The notes beneath the pieces were generated by a model. The model saw nothing but the letters and a program-made list of their open reading frames with translations, did not search any database and was not told the DNA's origin. DNA of 64,000 nt from Alphaproteobacteria bacterium. Its GTDB lineage: Bacteria > Pseudomonadota > Alphaproteobacteria > MPNO01. Shown piece after piece: positions 61,219 through 64,000 of the stretch (the first letter of the stretch is position 1; each line of letters begins with the position of its first letter). The stretch spans positions 2,528,001 through 2,592,000 of the forward strand of contig CBDFLJ010000002.1 of the NCBI GenBank assembly GCA_965248835.1, read 5' to 3'. The translations under genes were made by a program, and so were the position numbers.

Positions 61219-61667
61219 GGCGCGTTCCGAACATGCTGGACCGGCCCGGACTGGCGGCCGGTGAACGGCGCCCTGTGCCTGCGGGCAAAACCCGCCTTGT
61301 GCAGGCGTTGCCAAGTGTCCACGGTCCAGTCGCGATCGGTCGGCCGGGCGAGCCGGCTGGCGAGAAAAACCCGGGCGCCGAGCACGGTGCCGTCGGCCAG
61401 CCGCACGGGCCGGTCCGCGGCGACATATTCATCGCTCTCGAACGCGGCGAGGTTTGCCGCAGCCTGCCGATCGAGCCCCAGCGCCACAAGGCCCGCCACC
61501 TCGTGGCCGCGTGCGGGAACGACCACCGGGTAGGCGCGACCGCGCAGATAGACCCGGCGGTATCGCGGCAAGACCGCCTGCAGCAAAGCGCGGCGCCCGA
61601 TCCAGGCGCCCAGGATCCACGACCGCACATCGGCGTCCAGCAGCGTGCCATAGAAGAAATACCGCAT
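61215..61667 (-). CDS. Gamma-glutamylcyclotransferase (AIG2-like) family
   Basis: YFFYGTL, YP, FE..Y. Confidence 0.78.
   Translation of the reverse strand: MRYFFYGTLLDADVRSWILGAWIGRRALLQAVLPRYRRVYLRGRAYPVVVPARGHEVAGLVALGLDRQAAANLAAFESDEYVAADRPVRLADGTVLGARVFLASRLARPTDRDWTVDTWQRLHKAGFARRHRAPFTGRQSGPVQHVRNAP
61216..61239 (+). repeat. Degenerate copy of dispersed palindromic repeat (left arm)
   Basis: TAAGGCGCGTTCCGAACATGCTGG at convergent stops; encodes the GGCT C-terminus on the minus strand. Confidence 0.5.
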
Positions 61668-61688
61668 CGTCGGGCGGGCGCAGGCGGC

Positions 61689-62426
61689 TCAGCGGACCTC
61701 CGCGGCCAGCCGGGCGCCGCGTGAGGCCATGAAATACAGCCCCAGATGATGGCTCAGCGCCTGCGGGTGCGCGGCCGTGTCCGGCAGGCCGGCCGAAGCG
61801 GCGGCCTCCGCCGGCAGGTCGTAGGTCGCGCAACCGGGCTCGTAGACCACGATCTCGACGAGCCCGGGCAGCAGCCCGTGGTTGCGCGCCGACAGCGCGG
61901 TGAGCACGAAGTCCATCACACAGATGTCGGTGCAGATGCCGACCACCAGCGCGCATTCGATCCGGTGGCGGCGGACCCATTCCGAGATCCGGTTCGCCCC
62001 GGACTCGGGGTCGATCGCGCCGACGAAGCCGTTGATGCAGTCCTTCTGGATCAGGCTCGCGTGTTCGCAGGACTCCAGCCAGGCAAGCTCGGGCACCAGC
62101 TCCTCCTGCCCGGTGCCGCGCTCGCAATGCGGCGGGTAGGGCGGCTCCGGCTTGCCCGGCTCGTGGGTGTCGAGAAAGACCGCGATCGGCCAGCCGTGCG
62201 CGGCGAACCGGCGCGCCAAACGGTCGGTCTCGGCGACCATCCCGGCGACCTGGGCGTTGGGCGCGGGCGGGGCCAGTGGGCCGGCGCCCACGGTGGCGAA
62301 GCCGTTGACCTCGTCGACGATCACCAGCCCGGTGCGCTGGGCCCCGGCATCGAAGGGCGCGAGCGAAATCGGCATTTGGGCGCGCACCCCGGCCAGGACC
62401 GCATCCGCGCTCGCTGTCTCGCTCAT
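61689..62426 (-). CDS. Isochorismatase family cysteine hydrolase (nicotinamidase-like)
   Basis: IVDEVNGF, DTH, YPPHC, KDC, GICTDICV. Confidence 0.85.
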   Translation of the reverse strand: MSETASADAVLAGVRAQMPISLAPFDAGAQRTGLVIVDEVNGFATVGAGPLAPPAPNAQVAGMVAETDRLARRFAAHGWPIAVFLDTHEPGKPEPPYPPHCERGTGQEELVPELAWLESCEHASLIQKDCINGFVGAIDPESGANRISEWVRRHRIECALVVGICTDICVMDFVLTALSARNHGLLPGLVEIVVYEPGCATYDLPAEAAASAGLPDTAAHPQALSHHLGLYFMASRGARLAAEVR

Positions 62427-62462
62427 CCTCGCCTCCCGCCCGGACCCGCGCCGGGCCTTTCC

Positions 62463-63863
62463 TCAGATGTCCGGGATTTCCAGGCCCGACAGCCGGACCT
62501 GCTCGCCCAGCGCCGCCTTGAGCCGTTCGAGACCGGCATGGTCATCGGCCTCGCAGCGCGCGACCAGCGCATCCTGGGTGTTGGATGCACGCAGCAGCCA
62601 CCAGCCGTCGGCGGTGCGGACCCGGACGCCGTCGATGTCGTTCATGTCCGCCCCGGCGGACACGAGCCGGCCGCGCACCTCATCGATGACGTCGAACTTG
62701 CGCGTATCCTCGCAAGGGAAGCGCAGCTCCGGCGTGTTTATCGGCGAGGGCATCCGGTCGCGGATCTCGCTCAGCGTCTCGGTGCCGCGGGCGATGTGGT
62801 CGAGGATCCGGACGGCGGCGTAGAGGGCGTCGTCGTAGCCGTAATAGCGGTCGGCGATAAAGATATGACCGCTCATCTCGCCGGCCAGCAGGGCGCCGGT
62901 CTCGGCCATCTTGGCCTTGATCAGCGAATGGCCGGTCCGCCACATCAGCGGCCTGCCGCCGAGTCGCTCGATCTCGTCGAACAGGGCCTGGCTCGCCTTG
63001 ACGTCGGCGATGATCTGGGCGCCGGGGTTGTCCGCCAGCACATCGCGCGCGAGCAGGACCAGAAGCTGGTCGCCCCACAGGATCCGCCCGGTGCCGTCGA
63101 TGATCCCGATGCGGTCGCCGTCGCCGTCGAAGGCGATGCCGAGCTCGCAGGACCGCGATTTCACCGTCTCCTGGAGCTGGGACAGGTATTCCGGGATCGT
63201 CGGGTCGGGATGATGGGCAGGGAACGTCCCGTCTATGGTCTCGTTCAACAGGATGTGCTCACCGGGCAGCCGAGCGCACATCATCGCCATCGCCTGGCCG
63301 GCCGAGCCGTTGCCGGCATCCCATGCGACCCTGAGCGGGCGGCCGCCGTCGAAGTCCTCGACCAGCCGGTCGACATAGGCTTCCAGCATCGGCCGGTCCT
63401 CGCGCGAGCCCTGGCCGGACGCAAACGCGCCCTGGGCGACCATCCGGCCGAGCGCCAGGATGTCCTCGCCGAAGAACGAGCCGTCACGGGTGGTGAGCTT
63501 GAATCCGTTATATTCCGGCGGGTTGTGCGAACCCGAGACCATGACCCCGGCATCGGCCGACAGCTTTTTGACTGCGAAGTAGAGCATCGGCGTCGGTCCG
63601 AGCCCGACGCGGATCACATGCATGCCGGCGCGCATCAACCCCTCGACCAGCGCCGCCTCCAGGTCGGGCGAGGACAGCCTGCCGTCGAAGCCGACGCAGA
63701 TCCGGCGCCCGCCGTGTCGGCCGATCCGGGTGCCGAAGGCCCGGCCGATGGCGCGCGCGTCCTCGACCGACAGGGTCCGGCCGATCACGCCGCGGATGTC
63801 GTAGGTGCGCAGGATCGAGGGGTCCAACGGTTTCGCTTCGGGCGTGATCGCGTCCATGATCAT
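62463..63863 (-). CDS. Phosphomannomutase/phosphoglucomutase
   Basis: YDIRG, SGSHNP, DGDGDR, GEMSGH, RASNT. Confidence 0.95.
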   Translation of the reverse strand: MIMDAITPEAKPLDPSILRTYDIRGVIGRTLSVEDARAIGRAFGTRIGRHGGRRICVGFDGRLSSPDLEAALVEGLMRAGMHVIRVGLGPTPMLYFAVKKLSADAGVMVSGSHNPPEYNGFKLTTRDGSFFGEDILALGRMVAQGAFASGQGSREDRPMLEAYVDRLVEDFDGGRPLRVAWDAGNGSAGQAMAMMCARLPGEHILLNETIDGTFPAHHPDPTIPEYLSQLQETVKSRSCELGIAFDGDGDRIGIIDGTGRILWGDQLLVLLARDVLADNPGAQIIADVKASQALFDEIERLGGRPLMWRTGHSLIKAKMAETGALLAGEMSGHIFIADRYYGYDDALYAAVRILDHIARGTETLSEIRDRMPSPINTPELRFPCEDTRKFDVIDEVRGRLVSAGADMNDIDGVRVRTADGWWLLRASNTQDALVARCEADDHAGLERLKAALGEQVRLSGLEIPDI

Positions 63864-64000
63864 GCGGCGCCTTCGATCACCGCGCGCCCGATGCTGTGAT
63901 AGTCGAAGCCCGCCACCCGCATCTCCTCGACGCGGTAGATGTTGCGCATGTCGACCATGACGGGGGACTTCAACAGGCTCTTCGCACGCTGCAGGTCGAG
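63860..64000 (-). CDS. ugd: UDP-glucose 6-dehydrogenase C-terminus (partial)
   Basis: Manual translation LDLQRAKSLLKSPVMVDMRNIY..GFDYHSIGR; stop overlaps PMM start (ATGA). Confidence 0.82.
   Translation of the reverse strand, partial: LDLQRAKSLLKSPVMVDMRNIYRVEEMRVAGFDYHSIGRAVIEGAA

Overview
High-GC alphaproteobacterial chromosome segment; the core gene order looks Rhodospirillales-like. Left ~36.7 kb: an accessory catabolic patchwork with no transcription-regulator gene. It holds CoA transferases and ligases, a W/Mo aldehyde:ferredoxin oxidoreductase, three VOC proteins, a luciferase-like monooxygenase, SDRs, GSH-dependent enzymes, two xanthine-dehydrogenase-family Mo large subunits with one FAD/2Fe-2S pair, an NMT1-type ABC transporter, copper genes and a doubly disrupted CocE/NonD pseudogene. 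An AT-richer islet inside it carries an IS630 remnant and a stand-alone OLD/GajA-like ATPase-TOPRIM gene. Right ~27 kb: core genes (amiC, rne, aminotransferase, M48, dsbA-like, aroQ-accB-accC-aat, NDUFA12-mlaD-DUF2155, clpS-clpA, dac, PMM/PGM, ugd) with several inserted genes. The most striking feature is a four-gene block between amiC and rne: a single-chain triple-RidA gene (exactly 3 x 417 bp), two paralogous muconolactone-isomerase/DUF3303-like small proteins and a gamma-carbonic-anhydrase-like gene. A dispersed short palindromic repeat overlaps several stop codons. No rRNA, tRNA or CRISPR was seen. All calls come from motif recognition by eye; no database search was run.
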